42,024 bases of DNA, taken from positions 1 through 42,024 of the forward strand of contig CANKOL010000005.1 of assembly GCA_947483975.1 (NCBI GenBank), in the 5' to 3' direction. Under the pieces are notes generated by a model. It saw only the letters and a list, made by a program, of their open reading frames with translations, did no database searches and was not told where the DNA came from. The stretch is from Sandaracinaceae bacterium. Its GTDB lineage: Bacteria > Myxococcota_A > Polyangia > Polyangiales > JADJQN01. The translations under genes and the position numbers were made by a program. The first letter of the stretch is position 1; each line of letters starts with the position of its first letter. Below, piece after piece: positions 22,153 to 33,330 of this stretch.

Positions 22153-23553
22153 ATGATCGAGTTTGCGCCTGGAAACCTGAGGATCCCGAAGTGGACCCGG
22201 CCCGTTTACATGGTCGCGGCCGGCACGACCGACTTCCGCAAGAAGTACCCTGAGAAGAAGCTCGAAGAGCTCGCCATGATGGCGTTCCGCATGATGCTCG
22301 AGGAGAACGAGCTCAAGCTGGACCCGCTTCAGGTCAAGGGCTTGATCAACTACGCCGTCTACGGCGAGTTTGCGGATCACTTCCAGGACCAGCTCCTCTG
22401 CGAGTCGAAGGTCCACGACTATCTCGGCCTCGACCCGCTCTTCAACATCGGCGTCAAGACCGGCGGCGCGACCGGCGGCAGCGCGATGCTGACGGGCGCG
22501 ACCTCGGTCGCCAGCGGACTCAGCGATTGCACGCTCGTGCTCGGCTGGGAGCGCATGGACGAGGTCAACACTTGGACGGGCAACTACTACATCGCCACGG
22601 CCGCGTGTAAGGACTTCGAGACGCCCCTCGGCCGCATCTACGCCAGCTACTACGCCACGATGGCGCGGCGCTTCGGCGAGATGTTCCACGTCAGCGATCA
22701 GGTGCGCGCGTCGATCGCGGTCAAGAACCGCGGCTACGCGTACAACTCGCCCTTCGCGCAGCAGTCCGGCAAGCACACCGTCGAAGAGGTCCTCGCGGGC
22801 AAGATCGTCAGCGATCCGCTCCGCTTCCTCGAGTGTTGCGCGATGAGCGTCGGCTCCTCGGCCGCGCTCCTCTGCTCGGAAGAGGTCGCCTACAAGCTCA
22901 CCGACAACCCGGTGCGCTTCTACTCGGCGGGCGGCTCGCACACGCTCCGCACCGGCGACCGTCGCCCGATGCGGATTCCCCTTCTCCCGAACGAGACCGA
23001 GAAGGACTACGAGTGGCTGTACGAGGAGATGAAGAAGACCGACGGCCGCTGGCCGGGCTTCGAGTCCTTCGCGGCGGCGCGCTTCGCCTCGTATCTCGTC
23101 TACGGAATGGCCGGCATCACGAACCCGATCGAGGACTTCGATCTCGTCGAGACGCACGACGCCTTCACCATCTCCGATCTGCAGACCTACGGCGACGTCG
23201 GTCTCACGCAGTACGGCAAGGAGCAGAGCTACGTCACCTCGGGTGACTGCTACTTCACCAATCCGCACACCGGACTCCCGGGCAAGTGCCCGGCGAATCT
23301 CTCGGGCGGTCTACTCGGCACCATGCACGCCGTCGGCGCGACTGGCATCTTCCAGTGCAACGAGGTGTTCTGGCAGCTGCAGAAGAAGTACGACAAGTTC
23401 CACGGCGACCCGCAGATGTGGAGCCGCTACGGCAAGGAGAAGCCCGCCGACTGGGAGAGCCTCCAGCTTGCGGACCCGAAGAAGGGTCTCGCCATCTCGC
23501 ATGCGGGCGTCGGAAGTCATGTCACGTGCGCGGTCCTCGAGAAGGCCTGGTAG
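22153..23553 (+). CDS. Thiolase-fold (SCP2/SCP-x-like) protein lacking the nucleophilic Cys
   Basis: Motifs LGWERM, IAVKNR, ETHDAFT, NLSGGLLGTMHAVGATG. VKTGGATGG stands where thiolases have VExACASG. Confidence 0.85.
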   Translation: MIEFAPGNLRIPKWTRPVYMVAAGTTDFRKKYPEKKLEELAMMAFRMMLEENELKLDPLQVKGLINYAVYGEFADHFQDQLLCESKVHDYLGLDPLFNIGVKTGGATGGSAMLTGATSVASGLSDCTLVLGWERMDEVNTWTGNYYIATAACKDFETPLGRIYASYYATMARRFGEMFHVSDQVRASIAVKNRGYAYNSPFAQQSGKHTVEEVLAGKIVSDPLRFLECCAMSVGSSAALLCSEEVAYKLTDNPVRFYSAGGSHTLRTGDRRPMRIPLLPNETEKDYEWLYEEMKKTDGRWPGFESFAAARFASYLVYGMAGITNPIEDFDLVETHDAFTISDLQTYGDVGLTQYGKEQSYVTSGDCYFTNPHTGLPGKCPANLSGGLLGTMHAVGATGIFQCNEVFWQLQKKYDKFHGDPQMWSRYGKEKPADWESLQLADPKKGLAISHAGVGSHVTCAVLEKAW

Positions 23554-23562
23554 GAGAAGACC

Positions 23563-24075
23563 ATGAGCGACAGAATTGAATTGAAGACTCCCCCGTCCCA
23601 ATTCGACGTAGTCGGTGATGCGTGGGTCGTGCACAACCCGCGCTTCGGCGCCGAGGGAACGCACTTTCACACGTATGGCCTGCTCACTCCCTACTTCAAG
23701 GGTCTGACCGAGGGCAAGCTGATGGCCACGCACTGCGTGAACGCGAAGTGCCCCATCGGTCACGGCAAGGCGGACTCGTGGCTCCCGCCGCGCGCCGACT
23801 GCCCGGACTGCCATCAGCCGATGGAGTGGACGCAGGTCACCGATCCGAGCGGGTACATCTACTCGTTCACGCACGTCGAGCGCGGCGGCACGGGGCTCAC
23901 GATCGAGACTCCGTACTACCAGATCGACGTCAAGATGCCGGGCGTCGGCACCATCGTGAAGAGCTATCTCGTGAACCGGACGCCGATCAAGATCGGCGAC
24001 AAGGTCCGCGCGTGCTTCCTCACGGGCAAGGCCGCGTCCAACACCTGCCTCGACCTCTACTTCGAACTGATCTAG
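23563..24075 (+). CDS. DUF35-type Zn-ribbon/OB-fold protein
   Basis: EGKLMATHC...C...PPRADCPDC followed by GYIYSFTHV. It lies directly after a thiolase-fold gene and has SD AGGAG. Confidence 0.88.
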   Translation: MSDRIELKTPPSQFDVVGDAWVVHNPRFGAEGTHFHTYGLLTPYFKGLTEGKLMATHCVNAKCPIGHGKADSWLPPRADCPDCHQPMEWTQVTDPSGYIYSFTHVERGGTGLTIETPYYQIDVKMPGVGTIVKSYLVNRTPIKIGDKVRACFLTGKAASNTCLDLYFELI

Positions 24076-24087
24076 TAGTCGCTTCGG

Positions 24088-25818
<1,731 letters not shown>

Positions 25819-25836
25819 AGCCGATGAGCGCTGCCC

Positions 25837-26460
25837 ATGTCTGATGGCTCGACCGCGACGCGGGTGACCCGGCCCGAGCTGACGGTGAAGCTGGCGATCC
25901 GCGGGGACGGCAAGGCGGTGCTCGAGAGCCCGTCGGTCGGGCTCTGGCGGGGCGCGCCGGAGGAGGGCGCGGTCGTCGTGCCGGGGCAGGCGCTCGGGGA
26001 GCTGGAGACGCTCGGCGTCATCACCTTGCTGCGCGCGCCGGCGACGGCGACGGGGCTCGTCATCGAGGTGCACGGGGCGCGCGAGGGGCGGGCGAGGCGG
26101 CCGGTGCAATACGGCGACGCGCTGCTCGTGCTCGAGTGGACCGACGCGGCGAGCGAGCTTGCGGCGACCGCGCAGGAGCGCGCCGACGCGCGCCGAGAGA
26201 GCGGCGTGCTCGTGTTCTGTACGCCCTCGAGCGGCCGCTACTACTCGCGCCCGGCGCCCGGCAAGGCGCCCTTCGTCGAGGTCGGCGACGTGATCAGCGC
26301 GGGGCAAGCCGTCGCGCTCCTCGAGGTGATGAAGACCTTCAACCGCCTGCAATATGGCGGGGACGCGCTCCCCGAGCGCGCGCGGGTCAAGCGCATCGTC
26401 CCCGCCGACGCGAGCGACCTCGCGCCGGGCGATGTGCTGCTCGAGCTCGAGCCGGAGTAG
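25837..26460 (+). CDS. Biotin carboxyl carrier protein with two tandem biotinyl-like domains
   Basis: The C-terminal domain has EVMKTFN (biotin Lys). The N-terminal domain SPSVGLW...VVPGQALGELETLG...VQYGDALL lacks the Lys. Confidence 0.85.
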   Translation: MSDGSTATRVTRPELTVKLAIRGDGKAVLESPSVGLWRGAPEEGAVVVPGQALGELETLGVITLLRAPATATGLVIEVHGAREGRARRPVQYGDALLVLEWTDAASELAATAQERADARRESGVLVFCTPSSGRYYSRPAPGKAPFVEVGDVISAGQAVALLEVMKTFNRLQYGGDALPERARVKRIVPADASDLAPGDVLLELEPE

Positions 26461-26556
26461 CGCGCGGACCGACAGCCTCCCGCGCGCCGAGTGGCAGCGC
26501 TCACAGCTCGACCCCGCCAACGCCGGGCGATGGGCCGCTCGAGAGCGAGGCGGCGC

Positions 26557-27345
26557 TCAGCGCCCGGTGAACACAGGCTCGCGCTTCTCGAGGAGCGCGG
26601 CGACGCCCTCGCGCGCGTCCGCGGTGTCGAGCGTCTCTGCCTGCGTGTACGCCTCGAGCATCGAGTGCCCGCGCGGCTCGTAGCCGAGCGCGAGGCGCAG
26701 CATGGCCTTGGTCTGGCGGACCGCCTGCGGGGCGTTGGCGGCGATCCTGCGGGCCATCAGGAACGACTCGTGCAGCACGTGCTCTGCGGGCATCGCGCTG
26801 AGCGCGTAGCCGAGCGTGACTCCCTCCTCTCCGCCGAAGAGGCGCCCGGTGAACAGCAGCTCCGCGGCGCGCTGCGCGCCGACGACGCGGGGCAGCGTGT
26901 AGGTGATGGCCATCCCGGGCCCGAGCCCGAGGCGACAGAAATTCGCGCCGTACTTGGCGTCCTTGGCCGCGAGCCGAATGTCGCAGAGCAGCGACAAGCC
27001 GAAGCCGCCGCCGACGGTGTGCCCGTTGAGCGCGCCGATCACGGGCACCTCGACGTGCAGCAATTCGAGGAACGGCTCGTACATCGCGTAGGAGCGCTCG
27101 TGCGGGAGCTTCACCGAGGCCGCGTCTTCGCGCTGGATCTGTGACTTGAAGTCGGCGCCCGCGCTGAAGCACTTGCCGTTGCCCGTGACGACGACGCAGC
27201 GCACGTCGCGGTCGCTCGCCGCGCGCCGAATCGCGGCGGTGAAGCCGTCGAGCACCTCGCTCGTCATGCTGTTGCGGTTGTCGGGGCGGTTCAGCGTGAC
27301 GAGCGCGATGCGGTCGTGCACGGCGTAGAGGACGGCGTCGGACAT
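26557..27345 (-). CDS. Enoyl-CoA hydratase/isomerase (crotonase) family protein
   Basis: Motifs TLNRPDNRN, FSAGADF, PVIGALNGHTVGGG, CDIR, LLFTGR, EKREPVFTGR. Confidence 0.93.
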   Translation of the reverse strand: MSDAVLYAVHDRIALVTLNRPDNRNSMTSEVLDGFTAAIRRAASDRDVRCVVVTGNGKCFSAGADFKSQIQREDAASVKLPHERSYAMYEPFLELLHVEVPVIGALNGHTVGGGFGLSLLCDIRLAAKDAKYGANFCRLGLGPGMAITYTLPRVVGAQRAAELLFTGRLFGGEEGVTLGYALSAMPAEHVLHESFLMARRIAANAPQAVRQTKAMLRLALGYEPRGHSMLEAYTQAETLDTADAREGVAALLEKREPVFTGR

Positions 27346-27436
27346 GGGCGCGGTTCTACACCGGACGGCGCGGGCTTGCGATGGCGCATCGTGCGCCGAG
27401 GTGCGGCGTCGCGGAGCCGAGCTTCGATCGTCGCGC

Positions 27437-28408
27437 TCAGCCGCGCTCGACGCGATCGCGGCCGTTGGCCTTGGCGCGGTAGAGCGCCGCGTCGGCGCGC
27501 GCGATCAAGCTCGCGGCGTCGTCGTCGAGGGTCAACTCTGCGACGCCGATGGACGCCGTCACGCCCGGGATCACGCGCCCGTCCCGGAGGTTGACGGGGT
27601 TGCCCGAGAGCCGCCCGCGCAGGCGCTCGGCGGCGACCACGGCTCCCTCGAGCGGCGTGTCCGGGAGGACGATCGTGAACTCCTCGCCGCCGTAGCGCGC
27701 GCCGAGATCGGTCGGTCGAAGGCCCGTCAGGATCGCGCGCCCGACCGACGCGAGCACGGCGTCTCCGCCCGGGTGCCCGTAGGTGTCGTTGACGCGCTTG
27801 AAGAAGTCGATGTCGAGCGCGAGCAAGCAGAGCGGCGAGCCAGCGCGCCGATGCCGCTCGACGAGGCGCGACATCCGGGCGTCGAGCCAGCGACGGTTGT
27901 GGCAGCCGGTGAGCGCGTCGGTCCACGCCTCGCGCTCGAGGTCCACGCGGCGCTGCGCCTCGCGCTCCATCGTCTGCAGGTTCGTGCGCATGCGCTGCGC
28001 GAGCAGCAAGAGCAGGTTCACCGAGAGCTCGTGCGACGCGCCGACGAGCCGCCAGAACGTCTCCTCGTCCACGGCGAGCACGCGCGTCACGTCGATCGCG
28101 CGGACGTAGGCGGTGGCGGGGTGGTCCTGCAGCACCGAGAGCTCGCCGACGGTCTCGCCGGGCTGGAGCACCGCGACGGCGTCGATGTCCTCAGGGCGCA
28201 CGTAGACGCCGAGCCTGCCCGAGAGCAGGAAGAACATCGTCTGGTTCGTCTGACCGGCGGCGAGGAGCTCGTCGCCCGGCGCGAGGACCCTGACGGGACA
28301 CGCCCCGAGCAGCCCCTCGACCGCCTCGAGCGAAACGCGTCGCAGCACGTGCAGCCTGCGCAGTTCATCCGCCGTCACGATGCCCGCTGTCTGTTCGTCG
28401 TCCGCCAT
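27437..28408 (-). CDS. cNMP-binding domain + GGDEF diguanylate cyclase
   Basis: N-terminal GETVGELSVL (cNMP fold). DALTGCHNRR, DIDFFKRVNDTYGH, RPTD I-site, RYGGEEF. Confidence 0.92.
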   Translation of the reverse strand: MADDEQTAGIVTADELRRLHVLRRVSLEAVEGLLGACPVRVLAPGDELLAAGQTNQTMFFLLSGRLGVYVRPEDIDAVAVLQPGETVGELSVLQDHPATAYVRAIDVTRVLAVDEETFWRLVGASHELSVNLLLLLAQRMRTNLQTMEREAQRRVDLEREAWTDALTGCHNRRWLDARMSRLVERHRRAGSPLCLLALDIDFFKRVNDTYGHPGGDAVLASVGRAILTGLRPTDLGARYGGEEFTIVLPDTPLEGAVVAAERLRGRLSGNPVNLRDGRVIPGVTASIGVAELTLDDDAASLIARADAALYRAKANGRDRVERG

Positions 28409-28528
28409 CCGGTGGAAGTACGGTACCTTTTCCGCGGCCGCGGATCACAGTAATTGTCGACGCGCGCTCGACGGGGGCGGGCGCGGTGGACGTTGGCCTG
28501 GGCGCCGAGTCGCGATATACGGGACGGA

Positions 28529-30289
28529 ATGAGCGTCCTCCCGACCGACCTTCGCCAGCGCTGCGACGCTTGGCTCTCCGATGACCCCGATCCCGCGACC
28601 CGCGCGGAGCTTCACCAGAGCCTCGACGCGAGCGATCTCGCGACGCTGAGCGACGCCTTCGGCGCCTCGCTCGAGTTCGGCACGGCGGGGCTGCGCGGCA
28701 TCCTCGGGCCGGGCCCGAACCGCATGAACCGCGTCGTCGTCGCCCGCGCGACCGCGGGGCTCTGCGTGCACTTGCTGGCGACGGTACCTGACGCGCGCGA
28801 GCGCGGCGTCGCCATCGGCTACGACGGGCGGCGCATGAGCGTCGAGTTCGCGCAGGACGTCGCGGAGATCGTCGCGGGCTACGGCCTGCGCGCGCTCGTC
28901 TTCGAGCACGTCGCGCCGACCCCGCTCGTCGCGTTCGCGGTGACCGACCGCAACGCGGCGGCCGGCGTGATGGTGACGGCGAGCCACAACCCGCCGCAAT
29001 ACAACGGCTACAAGGTGTATTGGGGGAACGGCGCGCAGATCATCCCGCCCGTCGACAAGGGCATCGCGGACGCGATCGCGGCGATCGGTCCCGTCGCGTC
29101 GATCCCGCGCCTCGCGCGCGCCGACGCGGAGCAGGCGGGCAAGCTCGTCGTGCTCGGTCCGGACCTCGAGCGCCGCTACCTCGACGGCGTGCGCGCGCTC
29201 GCGCTGCACCCTGAGTCGCCTCGCGATCTCGTCATCGCGTACACGGCGCTGCACGGCGTCGGTGAGCGCCTCGTGCGGGTCGTGCTCGCGGAGGCGGGCT
29301 TCACGCACGTGCACAGCGTCGCGGAGCAAACGGAGCCCGACGGCGCGTTCCCAACGGTCGCGTTCCCGAACCCCGAGGAGAAGGGCGCGATGGACCTCGT
29401 GCTCGCGCTCGCGACCGCGAAGGGCGCCGATCTCGTCATCGCGAACGACCCGGACGCCGACCGCCTCGCGCTCGCCGTCCGCACGCCGACGGGCGGCTAT
29501 CAGCAGCTCACCGGCAACGAGGTCGGGCAGCTCTTCGCGCACTATCTGCTCTCCGAAGACCGCGGCCCGCGCACGCCGCAGCGCCTCGTGTCGTGCTCGA
29601 TCGTCAGCTCGCCGATGCTCGGCGCGATCGCCGCGGCGCACGGCGCGCGCTGGGAGCAGGTGCTGACCGGCTTCAAGTGGATCGCGAACCGCGCGATGGA
29701 GCTCGAGAAGACCGGCGAATACCGCTTCGTGATGGGCTACGAGGAGGCGCTCGGCTACACGGTCGGCACGCTCGTGCGCGACAAGGACGGCGTCTCGGGC
29801 GCGGCGATGGCCGCCGACATGGCGGCGTTCTATCGCGCGCAGGGCAAGTCGCTGCTCGATGAGCTCGAGGTGATGGCGCGGCGCTATTCGCTCGCGCTGA
29901 GCGAGCAGGTCTCCGTCACCAAGCCGGGCGCCGACGGCGCGGCGCACATCCGGCGCATCCTCGCGTCGGTGCGCTCGGCGCCGCCCCGCGCGGTCGCCGG
30001 GCTCGCCGTCACGCACCTCGTCGATCTCGCGACGGCGACGCGCACGGCGGCGGACGGGACGGTCGAGGCGCTCGCGCTCCCGCCCTCGGACGCGCTCGCG
30101 CTCGAGCTGGAGGGCGGGCATCGCGTGATGCTGCGGCCGAGCGGGACCGAGCCGAAGATCAAGTATTACTTCGACCTGCGCGTGCCGATCGCCGAGGGGG
30201 AGGCGGTCGCCGACGCCCGCGCACGCGGAAGATCGCTGCTGTCCGACGTGGTGGGCGCTTTCCGCGCTATCGTGGACGCGGTCGCCTGA
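28529..30289 (+). CDS. Phosphoglucomutase/phosphomannomutase family protein
   Basis: Motifs FGTAGLRG, TASHNP, DPDADR, GYEEALG, RPSGTEPKIK. Confidence 0.95.
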   Translation: MSVLPTDLRQRCDAWLSDDPDPATRAELHQSLDASDLATLSDAFGASLEFGTAGLRGILGPGPNRMNRVVVARATAGLCVHLLATVPDARERGVAIGYDGRRMSVEFAQDVAEIVAGYGLRALVFEHVAPTPLVAFAVTDRNAAAGVMVTASHNPPQYNGYKVYWGNGAQIIPPVDKGIADAIAAIGPVASIPRLARADAEQAGKLVVLGPDLERRYLDGVRALALHPESPRDLVIAYTALHGVGERLVRVVLAEAGFTHVHSVAEQTEPDGAFPTVAFPNPEEKGAMDLVLALATAKGADLVIANDPDADRLALAVRTPTGGYQQLTGNEVGQLFAHYLLSEDRGPRTPQRLVSCSIVSSPMLGAIAAAHGARWEQVLTGFKWIANRAMELEKTGEYRFVMGYEEALGYTVGTLVRDKDGVSGAAMAADMAAFYRAQGKSLLDELEVMARRYSLALSEQVSVTKPGADGAAHIRRILASVRSAPPRAVAGLAVTHLVDLATATRTAADGTVEALALPPSDALALELEGGHRVMLRPSGTEPKIKYYFDLRVPIAEGEAVADARARGRSLLSDVVGAFRAIVDAVA

Positions 30290-30303
30290 GGCCGGAGGAT
30301 TCG

Positions 30304-31287
30304 ATGCGCTCCCTCGTCATGCTCTCTCTCGCGGCGGCTTTCGTGATGGTCACCGGCGCGGGCGCCGCGCGCGCGCAGGCGGGCGCGGGGGGAGCGGCTC
30401 CCTCGCAGGTCGCGCCCGAGACGGGCGATCCCGACGCGGTGCTCGCGCAGCTCCGGGAGTCCGTGAACTTCGCGCGCTACGCCGAGGCGCTCGACGCGGC
30501 GCATCGATTTTTGCAGCGCGGAGACCTCGTCGCGCATCAGCGCAACGCGGCGCTCGAGGCGATCGCGACGGTGCAGATCGCGACCAACGCCGAGGCCGAA
30601 GCGCGCGCGACGCTCGACGAGCTCTATCGCCGTGACCCGCAGCACCGCATCTCGGACCCCGACGCCAGCCCGCCGGTGCAGTCGGCGTTCGCGCGCGCCC
30701 GGGACGCGCACCCGACGCTGACCTCCGTGCGCCTCGAGCAGGCGCCCCTCGACCTGCGGCAGCGGCAGGCGCTCGAGGTCGCCATCCGCATCTCCGTCGG
30801 CGCGGACGCCGTCGAGGAGCTGCGCCTCGCGTATCGGCAGGCGGGCGAGACGCGCTACACGCGCGTCGTGATGGCGCTCGATCACGGCGTCGCGCGCGCG
30901 CGCTTGCCGCTCGGCGGCGACCTCGCGCAGCCGACGACGATCGACTACTTCGTCGAGGCGGTCGCGCCCTCGCTCGCGCCCCTCGCGCGCGTCGGCTCCG
31001 AGGCCCAGCCGCTCGTCGTCGAGGTCCCCGCGGCCCGCGCCCCTGGGCCCGCGGAGGTGGCGCACGCCGCGACGGACGACGGAGCGGAGCACCCCTGGGC
31101 GAGCGGGGCCGAAGGCGGCACGACGCCGACCGCGCCGAGCGACTCGGGCGGCAGCGTCACCTCGTCGTGGTGGTTCTGGACGCTGATCGGCGTCGTGGTC
31201 GTCGGCGGCACCGTCGGCACCTACGCCGCGCTCTCGTCGGGCGGCACGCCGGTGTCGGGCACGCTCGGCGCCGTCACCCTGCACTGA
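30304..31287 (+). CDS. Hypothetical exported protein (helical N-terminus, beta-rich middle, C-terminal hydrophobic segment)
   Basis: SD GGAGG, signal peptide (ARAQ), C-terminal WWFWTLIGVVVVGG. Confidence 0.75.
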   Translation: MRSLVMLSLAAAFVMVTGAGAARAQAGAGGAAPSQVAPETGDPDAVLAQLRESVNFARYAEALDAAHRFLQRGDLVAHQRNAALEAIATVQIATNAEAEARATLDELYRRDPQHRISDPDASPPVQSAFARARDAHPTLTSVRLEQAPLDLRQRQALEVAIRISVGADAVEELRLAYRQAGETRYTRVVMALDHGVARARLPLGGDLAQPTTIDYFVEAVAPSLAPLARVGSEAQPLVVEVPAARAPGPAEVAHAATDDGAEHPWASGAEGGTTPTAPSDSGGSVTSSWWFWTLIGVVVVGGTVGTYAALSSGGTPVSGTLGAVTLH

Positions 31288-31391
31288 GCAGGTAGCGATT
31301 ACGCTGCACTGAGCAGGTAGCGATTACGCGGCGCTGAGCAGGCAGCGACTACGCTGCGCTGAGCAGGCAGCCACTACGCTGCGCTGACCAG
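31281..31391 (+). repeat. 25-bp tandem repeat (4 full copies and 1 partial) starting at a stop codon
   Basis: GC(A/G)CTGAGCAGG(T/C)AGC(G/C)A(T/C)TACGC(T/G) at 31281, 31306, 31331, 31356 and 31381. Copy 1 holds the TGA at 31285-31287. Confidence 0.95.
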
Positions 31392-31402
31392 CAAAGAGCG
31401 CG

Positions 31403-32014
31403 TCAGACGCTGCCGGCGACGAGCGATTTCGCGAGGGCGGCCCAGCGGACGCTCGCGTCGGACTCGGTCTCTGCGCGCTCGGCCATGAACACCTGGTGCC
31501 GCTGGCGTGGCTCCTTGGCGTCCGGGTCGGGCAGGGAGAGCAGCAGGCGATGCGCCCGCACGCGATGGAACTCGGCGAGCGCGCGCGCGACGACGGCGGC
31601 TCCTGCGGTGTCGATCGTCGCGAAGAAGTCGTCGGGCAGGCGCACGTAGCGGCGCATCTGCGAGACGTCGGTGCCGGTCATGAACGCGAGGCGCCCGAGG
31701 TCGCCGACGGTGTGGAGCGGGAGCACCTCACCGCGGTCGAGGTCGAGGCCGACCTTGCGCGCGTCGAGCACGACCTCGCGGCGCAGCGTCGCGTCCGGCA
31801 GATCGAGGATGACCTCGCGCACAGGCTCCTCGACGCGCAGGCGCTCACGCCCGAGCAGCGGCGCGGCGGCGGCGGTGACGAAGCCGACGGCCGAGCGCCA
31901 GCGGAGCCGATCGGGCGAGCGGGTCCGCACGATCTGAACGGAGCCGCGAAGCTCGCCCCGCTGACGAAAGTAGGTGACCGCGTCCGTGACGCGCATGCCG
32001 CTGGGAATGGTCAA
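31403..32014 (-). CDS. Hypothetical cytoplasmic protein
   Basis: Strong SD GGAGGAG before TTG 32014. Coding-like composition, no family recognised. Confidence 0.7.
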   Translation of the reverse strand: MTIPSGMRVTDAVTYFRQRGELRGSVQIVRTRSPDRLRWRSAVGFVTAAAAPLLGRERLRVEEPVREVILDLPDATLRREVVLDARKVGLDLDRGEVLPLHTVGDLGRLAFMTGTDVSQMRRYVRLPDDFFATIDTAGAAVVARALAEFHRVRAHRLLLSLPDPDAKEPRQRHQVFMAERAETESDASVRWAALAKSLVAGSV

Positions 32015-32062
32015 AGGCTCCTCCGTACTCGCCGAGGTTGTGCGGCAAGGTGGGGCCTTGGG

Positions 32063-32126
32063 TCAAAAAAGCGGTGACGCCGCGCGTGTCAGAACAGCGG
32101 TGACCCCGCGCGTTTCAGAAGAGCCG
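32063..32126 (-). repeat. 26-bp tandem repeat anchored on the stop codon of the MBL-fold gene
   Basis: Plus strand: TCAAAAAAGCGGTGACGCCGCGCGTG, TCAGAACAGCGGTGACCCCGCGCGTT, TCAGAAGAGCCG. TCA falls at 32063, 32089 and 32115, the last being the gene stop. Confidence 0.85.
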
Positions 32127-32915
32127 CAGCTGCGACGCCGCGGGGCGCGCGACGAGCACGGGCTCGATGGGCACGCTGAGCGGCGTGTCTTGCCGCGCGA
32201 CGTGCAGCTCGACCTCGCGCCCGCGGAGCGCGTCCTCAGCGACGATGCGGGCGAGCGACGGCGAGTTGTTCGTCTGCGAGAGGTGCATCAGCACGACGTG
32301 CCGTGTCGCGGGCGAGAGCGCGCGCAACAGCTCCGCGCACTGCGCGTTCTCCAGGTGCCCGACGCCGCTCGCGATGCGCTTCTTGAGGAACTCGGGATAC
32401 GGCCCGCGGGCGAGCTGCTCGCGGTCGTGGTTCGACTCGAGGAGCAGCGTCGTGCACTCGCGCAGATGGTCGGGGAGCGAGTCTGGCACCGCACCCAGAT
32501 CGGTGACCAGGCCTACGCTCTGCCCGGCGTGCCCGAACACGAGCGCGATCTGGGGCGCGTCGTGCGGGACGGGCAGCGGGCGAATCTCGAGATCCCCGAG
32601 GTCGAACGCCGTCTTGCTGCCGAAGACGCGCGTCCGCACGCCCGACGGCATCCGCAGCGCGCGCGCCGTCGCCTCGGTGAGGAACACCGGCGCGTCGAAG
32701 CGCTGCGCGTACGCGCCCGCGTGCCCGATGTGATCGCCGTGCGCGTGCGTGAGCACGATGGCGTCGAACTTCTCGGGCAGCTCGCGCCCGAGCGACGCGA
32801 AGCGCCCGGCGAGCGCGCGCTGCGTGAGCCCGGCGTCGACCAGGATGCGCGTCGTCTCCGTCTCGATGAGCGTGACGTTGCCGCCGCTGCCGCTCGCCAG
32901 GACCGTGATGCGCAC
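32115..32915 (-). CDS. Metallo-beta-lactamase-fold hydrolase (YycJ/WalJ-like)
   Basis: Motifs VLASGSGGN, ILVDAG, LTHAHGDH, VPHDA, TDLG, LESNHD, GHLEN, LMHLSQTNN. GTG start at 32915. Confidence 0.88.
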   Translation of the reverse strand: MRITVLASGSGGNVTLIETETTRILVDAGLTQRALAGRFASLGRELPEKFDAIVLTHAHGDHIGHAGAYAQRFDAPVFLTEATARALRMPSGVRTRVFGSKTAFDLGDLEIRPLPVPHDAPQIALVFGHAGQSVGLVTDLGAVPDSLPDHLRECTTLLLESNHDREQLARGPYPEFLKKRIASGVGHLENAQCAELLRALSPATRHVVLMHLSQTNNSPSLARIVAEDALRGREVELHVARQDTPLSVPIEPVLVARPAASQLRLF

Positions 32916-32972
32916 CGCGCGACGGTAGCGGGGCTTGTCCGCGCGCGCCAGCGGTTCTACAGAGCCCACACC

Positions 32973-33299
32973 ATGCTCGACGAAGCGCACTACCTCCGCC
33001 TCGCTCACGCCGCGTTCGAGAAGCTCGTCGACGGCTTCGAGGACCTCGACGCGGAGCTAGCGGATCTCGACGTCGCCGGCGACGTCGTCACCATCGCCTT
33101 CGCGAGCGGCAAGAAGTGCATCGTCAACACGCAGCGCCCCGTGCGGCAGCTCTGGCTCGCGGGCGGGCAGCGCGCTTGGCACTTCTCGTATGACGAGCCG
33201 AGCGCGCGCTGGCTCGACGACAAGGGCTCGGGCGACGAGCTGTTCTCGACCGTCGCGCGCATCGTGCACGAGGCGGCGGGCGTCACGCCGGCGTTCTGA
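32973..33299 (+). CDS. cyaY: Iron donor protein CyaY (frataxin family)
   Basis: 108 aa. Acidic N-terminal helix, GDVVTIAF, IVNTQRPVRQLWLA, WHF. Confidence 0.88.
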   Translation: MLDEAHYLRLAHAAFEKLVDGFEDLDAELADLDVAGDVVTIAFASGKKCIVNTQRPVRQLWLAGGQRAWHFSYDEPSARWLDDKGSGDELFSTVARIVHEAAGVTPAF

Positions 33300-33330
33300 G
33301 CCGCGACTACCGCGCGCTCGCGTGCTGCGG

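Noticed and set aside
27412..27460. Further decayed gene-end duplications (here and near 11545-11600, 19265-19298, 33307-33352, 36697-36716)
   Set aside because: They need several gaps and mismatches in GC-rich sequence and cannot be told from chance by eye, so they were not counted.
31281..31391. CRISPR array (also considered for 19161-19247)
   Set aside because: Units are directly adjacent with no unique spacers, so these are simple tandem repeats.
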